64,000 nucleotides of DNA. Source: a virus (Duplodnaviria > Caudoviricetes). The DNA is taken from positions 591 to 64,590 of IMG/VR virus record IMGVR_UViG_2846797076_000002. One strand, 5' to 3'. The notes under the pieces were generated by a model. That model searched no databases and was not told where the DNA came from. It saw only the letters and a program-made list of their open reading frames with translations. The translations under genes were made by a program, and so were the position numbers. Shown here one piece after another: positions 38,229 to 47,330 of this stretch (the stretch's first letter is position 1; each line of letters opens with the position of its first letter).

Positions 38229-39305
38229 CTACTTCCGATACGCTAGACCGCCCCAGACGCGGCCCTCGTCCCGATGACGACCACCGTGGACTGCGCCGAT
38301 ATAGGCCGCAGCGGCGGATACAAGAGCCGAGGCAGCCAAGAGGAATGCGGTCAAGATTCCGGCAACCCGCGCCTTTTCAGCAGCATCAACGGCTTTTGCC
38401 TTAGCATCCTCCAGAGCTTTCTCAGTCTCAGCCCTGAGATCGTCGATTTTCTTTTGCGCTTCGTCGACCTTCTGCTGCGCCTGCGTTCGAACAGCCTGCA
38501 CCCTGTCTACCGTCTGGTTGACGCGTGTCTGCGCGTCAGGTTGGCTAATGCCGGTACGAGCTGCGACCTGATTAGTAAGCCAGGTACGATCAGCGTCGGA
38601 AATCTCTCCAGTCGAAAGAAGGTTGCTCAGAATCCCACCGGCTTGTCGCTGAAAATCTGCGCCGTTTTGATCGCCGTTAACCGCAGGCGTATCGGTTCGC
38701 AACAGAGTGTCGGTGAAATAGTCGATCGGATTTGCCTTCAACCCTTGCGGAAGAGCTTCCTCAATGCTGGGAGCCGCTGCCTGGCCGGCGCCTTGAGCGA
38801 CGCCACCAATAGCGTTACCGGCACCAGACACCACCCCACCGGCCAATTGGCCAACACCCTGGGCAGCTCCTCCGACCGCAGAGCCAGTCGCCTCGACGGC
38901 AGACTGCGCTACGCTTCCAACGGCCCTCGCGCCGCCGGACACCACGCTGAGAGCAAGAAATGCTGAAATGACGGTTCCAAGACCCCAAACAACGAGACCG
39001 TTGATGCCGTCGCGTGTCGTGAGCTCGTTACGGTCCGCCGATCCAGCTGGGCGCCGCATACGACCCGTAATGTAGCCGCCCAACATATAAGAGCCAACCA
39101 TCGAGATAACGACGAACAATCCTGTGATGATTAGCCAGATCACGCTTATATCACCGCCATCATCGGCCGATATGGAACTCAGCCCCAGACCTCCGGCAAA
39201 CGCGGTGAGGATGGCAACTGCGCCAGATGCTATGACGGTGCCCGCGAAAATGGCTGGCCAATCGACATAGCTGCGATTTGTTTCAGTACCGATAGGATCG
39301 ACCAT
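38229..39305 (-). CDS. Membrane protein with Ala/Gly/Gln-rich helical region (stress-type moron)
   Basis: SYVDWPAIFAG, GGYITGRMR, DGINGLVVWG. Confidence 0.75.
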   Translation of the reverse strand: MVDPIGTETNRSYVDWPAIFAGTVIASGAVAILTAFAGGLGLSSISADDGGDISVIWLIITGLFVVISMVGSYMLGGYITGRMRRPAGSADRNELTTRDGINGLVVWGLGTVISAFLALSVVSGGARAVGSVAQSAVEATGSAVGGAAQGVGQLAGGVVSGAGNAIGGVAQGAGQAAAPSIEEALPQGLKANPIDYFTDTLLRTDTPAVNGDQNGADFQRQAGGILSNLLSTGEISDADRTWLTNQVAARTGISQPDAQTRVNQTVDRVQAVRTQAQQKVDEAQKKIDDLRAETEKALEDAKAKAVDAAEKARVAGILTAFLLAASALVSAAAAYIGAVHGGRHRDEGRVWGGLAYRK

Positions 39306-39572
39306 TAGCGTAACCCCAAAAATGAGAGAATGAACAGGACGATTACGACTAGCCCAACGAGATAAATGATAGAGTTCATGGTGCGTCTCCTCCGGAGGGA
39401 CAAAGTTCCGCTTGGCGGGTGATTTTATTTTGCGAGAAACCAGAACTGGTTGCTCTAAGGCCAAACTCCGCGAGACTGGAAAAGTTTCACGAACAGAGAT
39501 TCCCCGCGCCAACGGCTTCGATTGCGCAAAAAAAGACCGCCAGCCATTACTGACCGGCGGCCTTTCATTGCA

Positions 39573-39776
39573 TTACCAACCCTGACGACCATACCAGTCG
39601 TCGACGTCTTTTTTGGCCTGGTCCTTCGCATAGCCATAGCGCTCCTGGATTTTGCCTTCCAGCTGCTCGCGCTTGCCATTGATGACGTCAAGGTCGTCGT
39701 CAGTGAGTTTGCCCCACTGCTCCTTGACCTTGCCCTTCATCTGCTTCCAGTTACCTTCTACGCGGTTCCAATCCAT
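39573..39776 (-). CDS. csbD: CsbD/YjbJ general stress protein
   Basis: MDWNRVEGNWKQMKGKVKEQWGKLTDDDL..GKIQERYG. Confidence 0.95.
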   Translation of the reverse strand: MDWNRVEGNWKQMKGKVKEQWGKLTDDDLDVINGKREQLEGKIQERYGYAKDQAKKDVDDWYGRQGW

Positions 39777-39808
39777 TGATATATCTCCTCTTTGTTGTCT
39801 GAGGAGAA

Positions 39809-39833
39809 AACGCGGTGGCAGCTGCTTGGTTCC
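39809..39833 (-). promoter_or_regulatory. EcfG/RpoE2-type promoter
   Basis: GGAAC-N16-CGTT, consensus match. Confidence 0.75.
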
Positions 39834-42077
39834 CTAAGCCGCCCTAACAAACACCGCCAACTCCCTCCGAACTGGATCCCGTTCCTCCCGCTCGATGAGC
39901 GCACCTTCACGCATCAGCGCATTCACAAGGCTGGACGCCCGCTTGCGCTGCACGTTGTCGTCCAGATCCAGCCCCACAGCGTACGCTACAGCGGTTCCGA
40001 CCCAGTTCTTGGCCTTGGGTGACTTCTTGTAGTCGGACGCGCTCACAGCCGCCAGGATCGACGCACGCTGGTCCTCCGTGAGGTCTCCCGCTACTTCCTC
40101 CGCACTCGGCCAATGCCATTCCGTCACGACCGGGGCAAAGTCCTGCGGCTGAGCAAGGCCGGTCCCGTTGCCAAGCGGTGTCGAGACGAGATGGCGCCAT
40201 TCTGCCTTGTGCGAAAGCGGCGTCAGGTTCGACTTGCCGTAGGTGGTGTAGAAGTAGCCGAACCGGTCAGCCTTATCGATGCCAGCCTCTCCTGCCTGCT
40301 CTTCCGACATGCGGTTGAGAACGCGCACGGAACGCGCCGCACCAATCAGTGATACGGCACCTCGGGCATCCTCAACGGTTGCCTCCCGGTCTGCCACCTT
40401 GCGCAAATGGTGCACGATGTCGATCGAACAATTGGTGTAGTCGGCGATCTGCGCCCAGAGCTTCGCCACCTTGTCGATCGCACCGTTGTCGTTCTCGTTC
40501 ACGCCGTGCGTGGACACGAATGGATCCACGATCATAACATCGATGCCATATCGCTCGATCTGCTCGACCACCGCCTCAACAATCGGCTGCTGGATGCGAA
40601 CGCCAGCCTTCTTGTCTTCGATGGCGACGACCAGCTCCTGTTCGCGGCCGCTATCCAGGAAGAGATGTCCCTCGAGGTCGGCAGGCTTCAGCTTGTAGTG
40701 GATGCAAGCCGCCATGATGCGCCGCTCCATTTCGTCGCGCGGGTCTTCGGCATTAAATATCCACGTCCGCAAGCGCTTGGGCGGCTTAATGCCGAGCAGC
40801 GCCCTGCCCGACACCATAGCAAGGCCCTCAGCGATGCTGGCCGACGTCTTACCGAGGCCGCCCGGCGATACCGTGACGGACACATACTTGCGGATGAAGT
40901 GCGAGCCGTAGGCAAACTCACGGCGCGGCAATGTCTTGGGATCGATCCACTTGAATGCCGTGGCGACGATCGGTGATTGCTGCTCTGTGGGCTGAGGCGT
41001 GTTGTCGTTTGCGGGAAGATCGCCGGGGTGGCCAGCAAACTCCTGCTCACGGTCCTCTTGCAGGTCACCGACTGGCGACAGCCTCTCTGTCACAACATCC
41101 ACTTCCAACGCAGCCGCCTGCTCGCGCAGCCTGCCCTTCTCAAGCCCGCGCTGGATCATGCGTGTGATGTCCACGAGGCGGGTGTTATCGTGCGCAGGGA
41201 AGTCAGACTCCGGAATGTGGCGTGGGTTCTGGATGCCAGCCTTCAGGCCGTTCTCGATCGTCTTGCAGCAGCGCGACCAGTCCCTGCCCCATCCGCGCGC
41301 AACGTCCTGCAGCAGTGCTCGTGCCTCGGCTTCGCTAAGTGCACCGGCGCCGACGATAGTGCCGATTGAGAACGCGGCGTCGTTCAGCGCGTTGTTGCGG
41401 GTGCCCATCGGCGCGCCAGCAAGGTCTGCCAGTTCACGGTCGACGGCAGCATCGACGTAGGCGTTGTTGGTCGCAGCCGACAGGCTGTACTGAGTGTGAG
41501 CGGGAGCAGACTTCGGCAGCAGCAGATCTAGCAGCCAAGCTGGCGCGTCAGCGATCTCACGCGTGTCCGTTTCCCACTTGTAGGAGCGGCCGTTAGCCAT
41601 AGTGCTGCCGGCGGCCAGCACGTAGCCGCCCTCGGACCGGATATCCACGCCAGCGCCAAGAGCGCCGCGGTTGCGAGTTCCCACGACGTACTTGAAGTAG
41701 ATGTGGAGACCGCCATTCGGGCTCGTCACGCGTGCCGTGTCTGGCAGTGGGCCGTGCTCGGCCTCCATCTCGGCCAGCCAGTCGAAGCCGTTGGCACCGC
41801 CAGGCTTGTTGTCGATGTCGAGCGCGAAGAAGCCTGTCTTCTCGCCCGTCGGCAAGCCAACGGCAGCATCCGGCCAGTCCGACCACCATCTCTCGATGAT
41901 GCGCGGAAAGCGCGTTGCGCCCTTGAAGCCATTGGGGGTCAAAGGCGTCTTTTCGCCGAGCGTGACGATCTCGCCGGTGGCTTGGTCGACGAGTTCCTCA
42001 GCGTGCGAGCGGCATGGAAATACGGGCCAGCCTTGACCGACGTAGTGTTGCGCTAGTTCAAGCGGCGTTTGCATCAT
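39834..42077 (-). CDS. Bifunctional primase-polymerase fused to AAA_25 (RecA-like) helicase
   Basis: GWPVFPC, ALDID, GGLHIYF, DIRSEGGYV, SPGGLGKT, IVDPF, VHHLRK. Confidence 0.92.
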   Translation of the reverse strand: MMQTPLELAQHYVGQGWPVFPCRSHAEELVDQATGEIVTLGEKTPLTPNGFKGATRFPRIIERWWSDWPDAAVGLPTGEKTGFFALDIDNKPGGANGFDWLAEMEAEHGPLPDTARVTSPNGGLHIYFKYVVGTRNRGALGAGVDIRSEGGYVLAAGSTMANGRSYKWETDTREIADAPAWLLDLLLPKSAPAHTQYSLSAATNNAYVDAAVDRELADLAGAPMGTRNNALNDAAFSIGTIVGAGALSEAEARALLQDVARGWGRDWSRCCKTIENGLKAGIQNPRHIPESDFPAHDNTRLVDITRMIQRGLEKGRLREQAAALEVDVVTERLSPVGDLQEDREQEFAGHPGDLPANDNTPQPTEQQSPIVATAFKWIDPKTLPRREFAYGSHFIRKYVSVTVSPGGLGKTSASIAEGLAMVSGRALLGIKPPKRLRTWIFNAEDPRDEMERRIMAACIHYKLKPADLEGHLFLDSGREQELVVAIEDKKAGVRIQQPIVEAVVEQIERYGIDVMIVDPFVSTHGVNENDNGAIDKVAKLWAQIADYTNCSIDIVHHLRKVADREATVEDARGAVSLIGAARSVRVLNRMSEEQAGEAGIDKADRFGYFYTTYGKSNLTPLSHKAEWRHLVSTPLGNGTGLAQPQDFAPVVTEWHWPSAEEVAGDLTEDQRASILAAVSASDYKKSPKAKNWVGTAVAYAVGLDLDDNVQRKRASSLVNALMREGALIEREERDPVRRELAVFVRAA

Positions 42078-42316
42078 GCTGCGTCCTTTTCAATGGCCGT
42101 GAAATACCATCCCCAAAGCCAGTCATCAAATCTGGCCCATGTCTTTCCAAGCATCCGGCGCTGCGTTCGACGCCGTATGAGCCACAGCAGAAATCGCGGC
42201 CACGCTGGCATTGGTGGTTCTGTCTTGCTGGCCCACCATAGCTTGCCGACTGGTTCTTTTGGCCTGGTTGGGTAGCTGTTTGCGGCAATAATTGCGGCCC
42301 AAAGTGCTGGGTTCAT
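42074..42316 (-). CDS. Trp-rich hypothetical protein
   Basis: Coupled overlaps on both sides. Confidence 0.45.
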   Translation of the reverse strand: MNPALWAAIIAANSYPTRPKEPVGKLWWASKTEPPMPAWPRFLLWLIRRRTQRRMLGKTWARFDDWLWGWYFTAIEKDAA

Positions 42317-43944
42317 TAGGCTGCATCCTTAAAATCAATAACGGCCATAGATGGCATGAACTGCGCGATACGCTGACCGAGCCAGACGAATTTCGGCACG
42401 GCCCAGCTGTTACCGAGAGACTTGTAGCGAGGGCCGTCTGGAGAGTTCTGTTTGCCGCGCCACGGGATGTCGGTGTAGTCGTCAGGAAAGCCCTGAAGGC
42501 GTTCGCATTCAAGGGGAGTTAGGCGTCGGACGGCACTCGTAAGCACCGCCGGCATCACGCCTGCATTGGCATGGCTGTTGGTGTGGCCACCGGTGCGAAG
42601 TGTTGGGGCCAAGTCAAAGGATGCGTCGGCGCCGTAGTCCTTTGACGAGAAGCACACAATCGGCGTCCCCCGCCCCGTTCCATCCTCGCTCGCGTCCGCA
42701 CCTTCAGCTTTGAGCGTGTGGGCGACTTCGCCAGTGACGCAGACTGCCTGAACTTCAGCGCGAGACTCAAGTGTATAGGCAACACCCTCCTGAACACCGA
42801 CGCCGTCTGGCCCGCTATTCGGATTTGTGCGTAGCGCGCCTGCTTGAATTGCGTGGGTAACGAAATGCCCCGCGGCAGCGCCCTCTGGTCGTCCACCCAT
42901 CCCGCCGCTGAAACTGTCTTTGCAAAGAGTTCCGACGACAGCAACCATCGTTGTAGTTTCAAAATCCTGCGAGGACCCTTCGCGTGTTGCGACGCAACGC
43001 GCTATTTCAGGGATATATGTCTCTTTCGTTGCATCATGGCTGCTGTTGCCCTTGGCCAGCAGCGGATTGGCCGCCTCCACCAACCCACCATCTAGATCGA
43101 AGTCTGTTCCGAGCCCGCCGCCGCCTTTAGTGCGTGCGCTAATTGTGGGGGCAACGTCTTTCCCCTTTTCTCGGCTCGGCGGAGTATCCCTGAACATGCT
43201 TTCGGGCTCAAAAAGAACCGCTGCGGGATCTGCCCCGTTTCCAAAATCTTCGACAACGAGCACACGACGGCGTCGTTGGGCCACTCCGAAAAATTGCCCA
43301 TCTTTGACAGCCCACGCGGCCCGTCCTTTAGGTCCAGTGACCATACCGTGACGCGCCCACTTTCCTCTTCTCGGTGGTTCGATGTGGGAATCTGCACCCA
43401 CAAGTCCGGCGAGGAAGCAGCCGAAGGCGTTGTCTTTGGTGCTGAGAACGCCGACAACGTTTTCCCAGACGACGTTCCGAAGTCCATTGTTAGCTGCAAG
43501 CTCATGCGCAAGCCTCACGAATTCGAGTGACAAGTTTCCTCGCGCATCGGCGAGAGATTGACGAAGGCCAGCCACACTGAACGCCTGGCAAGGCGTGCCG
43601 CCTGCGAGAATGTCGACGCGACCAAGCGTCTTGGTGTCGATCTTGGTGAAGTCGCCCCAGTTGGTCAGAACCGACTCGACCGGCAACCGTGACACTGCCT
43701 TGAGGGCAGTTTTTCGCGAACGCTGATCCTTCAGCTTGATGCCCGGTTCTCCGGGGTTCGGCATGTGCTTAGGGCGCCCTGCACCATAGTGGTGCGCTAG
43801 CACGAAAGCAGGGAAGGGTTCGATTTCGGCCACGCCGATGCATTGCCACCCGAGTGGATGCCAAGCGACCGAGGCCGCTTCAATGCCAGAGCATACCGAC
43901 AAGAAGCGTAGGCCGGTGTGGTTGTCATTTGCCGCTATGGGCAT
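42316..43944 (-). CDS. C5 cytosine DNA methyltransferase
   Basis: SVCSGIEAA, GGTPCQAFS, WENV, QRRRR, RRLTPLECERLQGFP, LGNS. Confidence 0.93.
   Translation of the reverse strand: MPIAANDNHTGLRFLSVCSGIEAASVAWHPLGWQCIGVAEIEPFPAFVLAHHYGAGRPKHMPNPGEPGIKLKDQRSRKTALKAVSRLPVESVLTNWGDFTKIDTKTLGRVDILAGGTPCQAFSVAGLRQSLADARGNLSLEFVRLAHELAANNGLRNVVWENVVGVLSTKDNAFGCFLAGLVGADSHIEPPRRGKWARHGMVTGPKGRAAWAVKDGQFFGVAQRRRRVLVVEDFGNGADPAAVLFEPESMFRDTPPSREKGKDVAPTISARTKGGGGLGTDFDLDGGLVEAANPLLAKGNSSHDATKETYIPEIARCVATREGSSQDFETTTMVAVVGTLCKDSFSGGMGGRPEGAAAGHFVTHAIQAGALRTNPNSGPDGVGVQEGVAYTLESRAEVQAVCVTGEVAHTLKAEGADASEDGTGRGTPIVCFSSKDYGADASFDLAPTLRTGGHTNSHANAGVMPAVLTSAVRRLTPLECERLQGFPDDYTDIPWRGKQNSPDGPRYKSLGNSWAVPKFVWLGQRIAQFMPSMAVIDFKDAA
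43092..43511 (-). CDS. Nested alternative-frame ORF inside the C5 MTase (beta-polypeptide-like)
   Basis: CSLSKILETGQIPQRFFLSPKACSGILRRAEKRGKTLPPQL reads as a protein-like block in a second frame. Confidence 0.6.
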   Translation of the reverse strand: MRMSLQLTMDFGTSSGKTLSAFSAPKTTPSAASSPDLWVQIPTSNHREEESGRVTVWSLDLKDGPRGLSKMGNFSEWPNDAVVCSLSKILETGQIPQRFFLSPKACSGILRRAEKRGKTLPPQLAHALKAAAGSEQTSI

Positions 43945-43952
43945 GAGTTTTC

Positions 43953-43997
43953 TCTCCTCTGTGGTGGTGAGCCAGCGCCGATTGGTGGTCGACGCTG
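43953..43997 (-). repeat. Leader copy
   Basis: CAGCGUCGA-CCACCAA-UCGGCGCUG..CACCACCACAGAGGAGA. Confidence 0.8.
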
Positions 43998-44005
43998 TAT
44001 GCTGT

Positions 44006-44890
44006 TTAAATATCGGCGAAGAACTCCTTCACCACACTGACTTTCTCGACCATCTCGGTTTTCACGCCTAGGCCGATATCTTTCAAAAGGGCGGCAAATG
44101 CTTCGCCGTCGATCAGGTCAATTGCAGGCACGCCGTCACGAGTTGCCTCTTTCTTCGCCTCACCGGTAAAGCGGCCCGTTGTAACGAACAGAGCCTTGTC
44201 GGTGCGGCCAGACATGGCGCCTCGGAAGTCTCGCACGTCACTGGGACCAACCGTTAGCTTGTAGCGCTTGCACTGCACCAACACCTTGAATGAAAGAACA
44301 CTGTTGACTTTAACCTGACCAATCACGTCGATCCCGCCGTCGCCGCTGCGACCGACTACCTCAACATGAGAAAATCCCAGTTGGAGCAATAGAAGGCGAG
44401 TTAGCCGCTCAAATGCATCTGCTGGCATTGCTTTGAGGGTGGCGATGAGATCGGTTTGCCATGTCGTCTCCTCCTCCAACTCTTCTACCAAATCGTTTGC
44501 TTCCGCTTCGATCTGAGCTTCATCTGCTGCGGCCCGGCTAGCCTTCGCCTTAGCGCTGTTGATGTATCTACGGTCGATGAGAACTTGTTCAACTTCTTCC
44601 CTGGTTGCTGCTCGACCGAGCATGTTCAAAACCCAAACTCCGCGCTTGGGGTTATCCATCATGCCTCCCGCCTTCAGCCAAGACTGAACCCAGCCGACTC
44701 GATAAGCCAGTTCCGTGCCTGGACCATCCTTATGAAGCACCGATGTAACTTCGTCTGATAGACCCATAAGCTCAGCAACTTTTTCAAGCAGCTGCTCTTT
44801 GTCGGCAGACCCTCCAAGCTCCTTAAAAGCCTGCACGACAGGCCAAAAAAGCTGCGAGTGACTCGGTACTTTCGTAAATTTCTTCAGCAT
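44006..44890 (-). CDS. mrr: Mrr-family (type IV) restriction endonuclease
   Basis: Mrr N-terminal wHTH (RVGWVQSWLK..G..NPKRGVW), AFERL, SGDGGIDV, VQCKRY, FVTTGRFT, IDLIDGE. Confidence 0.9.
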   Translation of the reverse strand: MLKKFTKVPSHSQLFWPVVQAFKELGGSADKEQLLEKVAELMGLSDEVTSVLHKDGPGTELAYRVGWVQSWLKAGGMMDNPKRGVWVLNMLGRAATREEVEQVLIDRRYINSAKAKASRAAADEAQIEAEANDLVEELEEETTWQTDLIATLKAMPADAFERLTRLLLLQLGFSHVEVVGRSGDGGIDVIGQVKVNSVLSFKVLVQCKRYKLTVGPSDVRDFRGAMSGRTDKALFVTTGRFTGEAKKEATRDGVPAIDLIDGEAFAALLKDIGLGVKTEMVEKVSVVKEFFADI

Positions 44891-44953
44891 CCCCATACCC
44901 TTACTAGTTGATGGGAGGGATGCTCGCATTCTGGAGATGCGTTTTCAATGGGG

Positions 44954-45343
44954 TTAGAATGGCGCGTCTTTCAGTGCCTCGCGAACTCCGCGGGCGCAAC
45001 CCTCCCAAGCTGCTCGTACCAGCAGCTTCTGCATTAGCTCGTCGTAATGGGACAATTCGGTGATGCCACCGTTTGCTGCGATCCATTCACCGACAGCTTC
45101 GACACCGGATTCAAGCGCCTTAACCTCGTACAATGAAACTCTGTCCAACTTCGTCAAATCTCCGATTGAAATCATACAGGCCTTGCACATAAATCCAGGG
45201 TCAGGTGGTCTGTGCCGGTCGCTGGGGTCTGACCTTCCTACCCCTATCGCAAGCATCCCGCAGCACTTGCACACGGTGGGTGACCCGTTCTCGTCTTGCG
45301 TCGGACTAAATGGAATGATCGGCTTGCCGGGAAGCTTGGTCAT
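44954..45343 (-). CDS. Zn-finger hypothetical protein
   Basis: CKCC and CKAC; ATGA overlap. Confidence 0.6.
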   Translation of the reverse strand: MTKLPGKPIIPFSPTQDENGSPTVCKCCGMLAIGVGRSDPSDRHRPPDPGFMCKACMISIGDLTKLDRVSLYEVKALESGVEAVGEWIAANGGITELSHYDELMQKLLVRAAWEGCARGVREALKDAPF

Positions 45344-46950
45344 GCTGCCACCCCAAACAAGTCGGCAGGACGGTTATCGTTTGCCGGTACCGTACCAGTC
45401 TCGACGACTTCTTTGCTTGTCGCGCCAATCGCCCACGCAATCCGGGCCGCAGCGATAGGCATGTATTCGTCCTCGCGCTCGCAACCGACGAACTGGAAAC
45501 CTTCGAGAAGGGCCGCCTTGCCTGTGCTGCCCGAGCCCATGAACGGATCCAGGATAATACCACCCGGTGGCGTGATGAGGCGGCAAAGCCACTGCATGAG
45601 GGTTGTTGGCTTAACGGTTGGGTGAACATTGCGGCGGTTGGCCTTCAAGGCGCCGTATGCGTCAGATATTTCGCTGCTGGTTCCACCGCCGCCAGATACG
45701 GTAACCTCCGGGAACGCCTCCAGCCCAGCATCACGGTCAGCACGGCTGGCTTTGGCGCAGTAGAAGAAGCGAGCGGCTGAAGTTTCCGCCTCGACGCGCG
45801 GATGACTATCAGGCCGCGCACCAAAGTCACCATAGATGCCCTTGCTTAGGCGCTCACCGTGCTTCGGCCCAACATATCCCTGCTGGCCTTTTGCATTAGG
45901 AAACGCCGCCAGCACCTCTTCGCTGCCGTCGTGGAGGATGTTGGCTGGCCAGCGGCCAAGGTCTTGTTCATTGCCACCCGGGGCACGAGAGCCGTCAATG
46001 TTGATGGCTCCAGTGCCGTGTTCAAGAACGTTTTCGGCAACTGTCCCTATCAGGGGCTTTCGCGCAAGGCAGATGGGCTCCCACGCCGGCTTAAGTGCGG
46101 TTCCCCACCCTTGCCACGCAGACGCCTCCTCATCCAAGCTGCGGATGGTCCTGTCGCCTTCAAATCGAAGGTCACCAAAGCCAGCGGGCGTCGAAGCTAC
46201 TTCGCCGATAATCTCTGCTTCAGCCCAACGCTCGCCGTGCGTGCCCTTGCGACCATTAAGGCGTGAAACCTCGATCGAGATAAACTCAAATCCATCTCTG
46301 CCCGACAAAGATAGAGCGTCAACAAGTCCATCCCACTGCTCATTGGTTGGCAGAGCAGGCTGGGAGTCGGTGTCACGCGCTGCCCAATGGTCGATGAGAC
46401 GCGGATTGCAGTCGCCAAAATGCTGAGTGAGGTCTTTCGACTTCAGACCTGCCTCATCCATTGCAGCACGAATGAACCGGCAAACGACTCGCACCGGCTC
46501 AACGTCTTCGACGCGACGCTTGGCAATCCCCTTGCTGACATCATGGCTCTTCGGAAACCCTGAACCGTAAACCCAACCAAGCTGATCGCGGATCTCAAAT
46601 CCAGCATCTTCGATCGCAACAGCCATGCGGTGATAGGTTCGCGTTCCAGAGAACGCGACAACGTGGCCGCCTGGCTTCAGGACGCGCAGAACTTCGGCCC
46701 AGAACTCTTCGGAGAATGCTACTTCGCCGGTGTCCCAGCTTTTCCCCATAAAACCAGCGGCGCCGCGACCATAAACGTCTTTGGCCGGGGCAGATCCCGG
46801 CTTTCCGAAACGCTTCTGAATCGAGACCAGCGCATAAGGCGGGTCGGTCACGACGCTGTCGATCGAGTTGTCGGCAAGGCCGCGCAACACGTCACGGCAA
46901 TCGTTTTGATGCAGCACGACTCTTCCGTCGTGCATCGATGTGATGCTCAC
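45340..46950 (-). CDS. N6-adenine/N4-cytosine DNA methyltransferase with internal HTH-like insert
   Basis: VTDPPY, HPTVKP, LDPFMGSGSTG; ends ANDNRPADLFGVAA. Confidence 0.92.
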   Translation of the reverse strand: MSITSMHDGRVVLHQNDCRDVLRGLADNSIDSVVTDPPYALVSIQKRFGKPGSAPAKDVYGRGAAGFMGKSWDTGEVAFSEEFWAEVLRVLKPGGHVVAFSGTRTYHRMAVAIEDAGFEIRDQLGWVYGSGFPKSHDVSKGIAKRRVEDVEPVRVVCRFIRAAMDEAGLKSKDLTQHFGDCNPRLIDHWAARDTDSQPALPTNEQWDGLVDALSLSGRDGFEFISIEVSRLNGRKGTHGERWAEAEIIGEVASTPAGFGDLRFEGDRTIRSLDEEASAWQGWGTALKPAWEPICLARKPLIGTVAENVLEHGTGAINIDGSRAPGGNEQDLGRWPANILHDGSEEVLAAFPNAKGQQGYVGPKHGERLSKGIYGDFGARPDSHPRVEAETSAARFFYCAKASRADRDAGLEAFPEVTVSGGGGTSSEISDAYGALKANRRNVHPTVKPTTLMQWLCRLITPPGGIILDPFMGSGSTGKAALLEGFQFVGCEREDEYMPIAAARIAWAIGATSKEVVETGTVPANDNRPADLFGVAA

Positions 46951-46958
46951 GTTGTTTT

Positions 46959-47026
46959 GTCTCCTCAGACTGTGGTGTTCCCGCCGAAGCGGGACGCCGC
47001 GTTGGTGGCGCGGCGGGTGGTGTGGT
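46959..47026 (-). repeat. Leader copy
   Basis: CGCCGCG-CCACCAA-CGCGGCG..CACCACAGUCUGAGGAGAC. Confidence 0.8.
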
Positions 47027-47054
47027 AGTTATGTCTCTGATTTACGGAGGTCGC

Positions 47055-47330
47055 ATGTTACTCAAGAAGTCATTTGTTTACCGCAACAGCGCACATTCTG
47101 GCTCAACAAGCGAGATCGACGCAAATTGGGCGCTACCTCCGACTGGGATCAGAGACAGCGGTATAGAGCTTCGTTTCGACATGGGTACGGAAGGCAAGAA
47201 AGAGCGGCTTGCCATCCATATCCATAGAAGCGATTTTGCGTTAATCGCCTCGATTATGATGGAGGCAGATCGGGAGGTCGCTATCAAAGCGTTCGGTAAG
47301 GCCTTGGCGAAGTCGAAACCACAAGACTAA
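47055..47330 (+). CDS. Hypothetical protein (moron)
   Basis: GGAGG SD; opposite strand. Confidence 0.55.
   Translation: MLLKKSFVYRNSAHSGSTSEIDANWALPPTGIRDSGIELRFDMGTEGKKERLAIHIHRSDFALIASIMMEADREVAIKAFGKALAKSKPQD

Noticed and set aside
39310-39410. EcfG promoter for the 38229-39305 membrane gene
   Set aside because: GGAAC at 39409-39405 lacks a correctly spaced CGTT/CATT; not called
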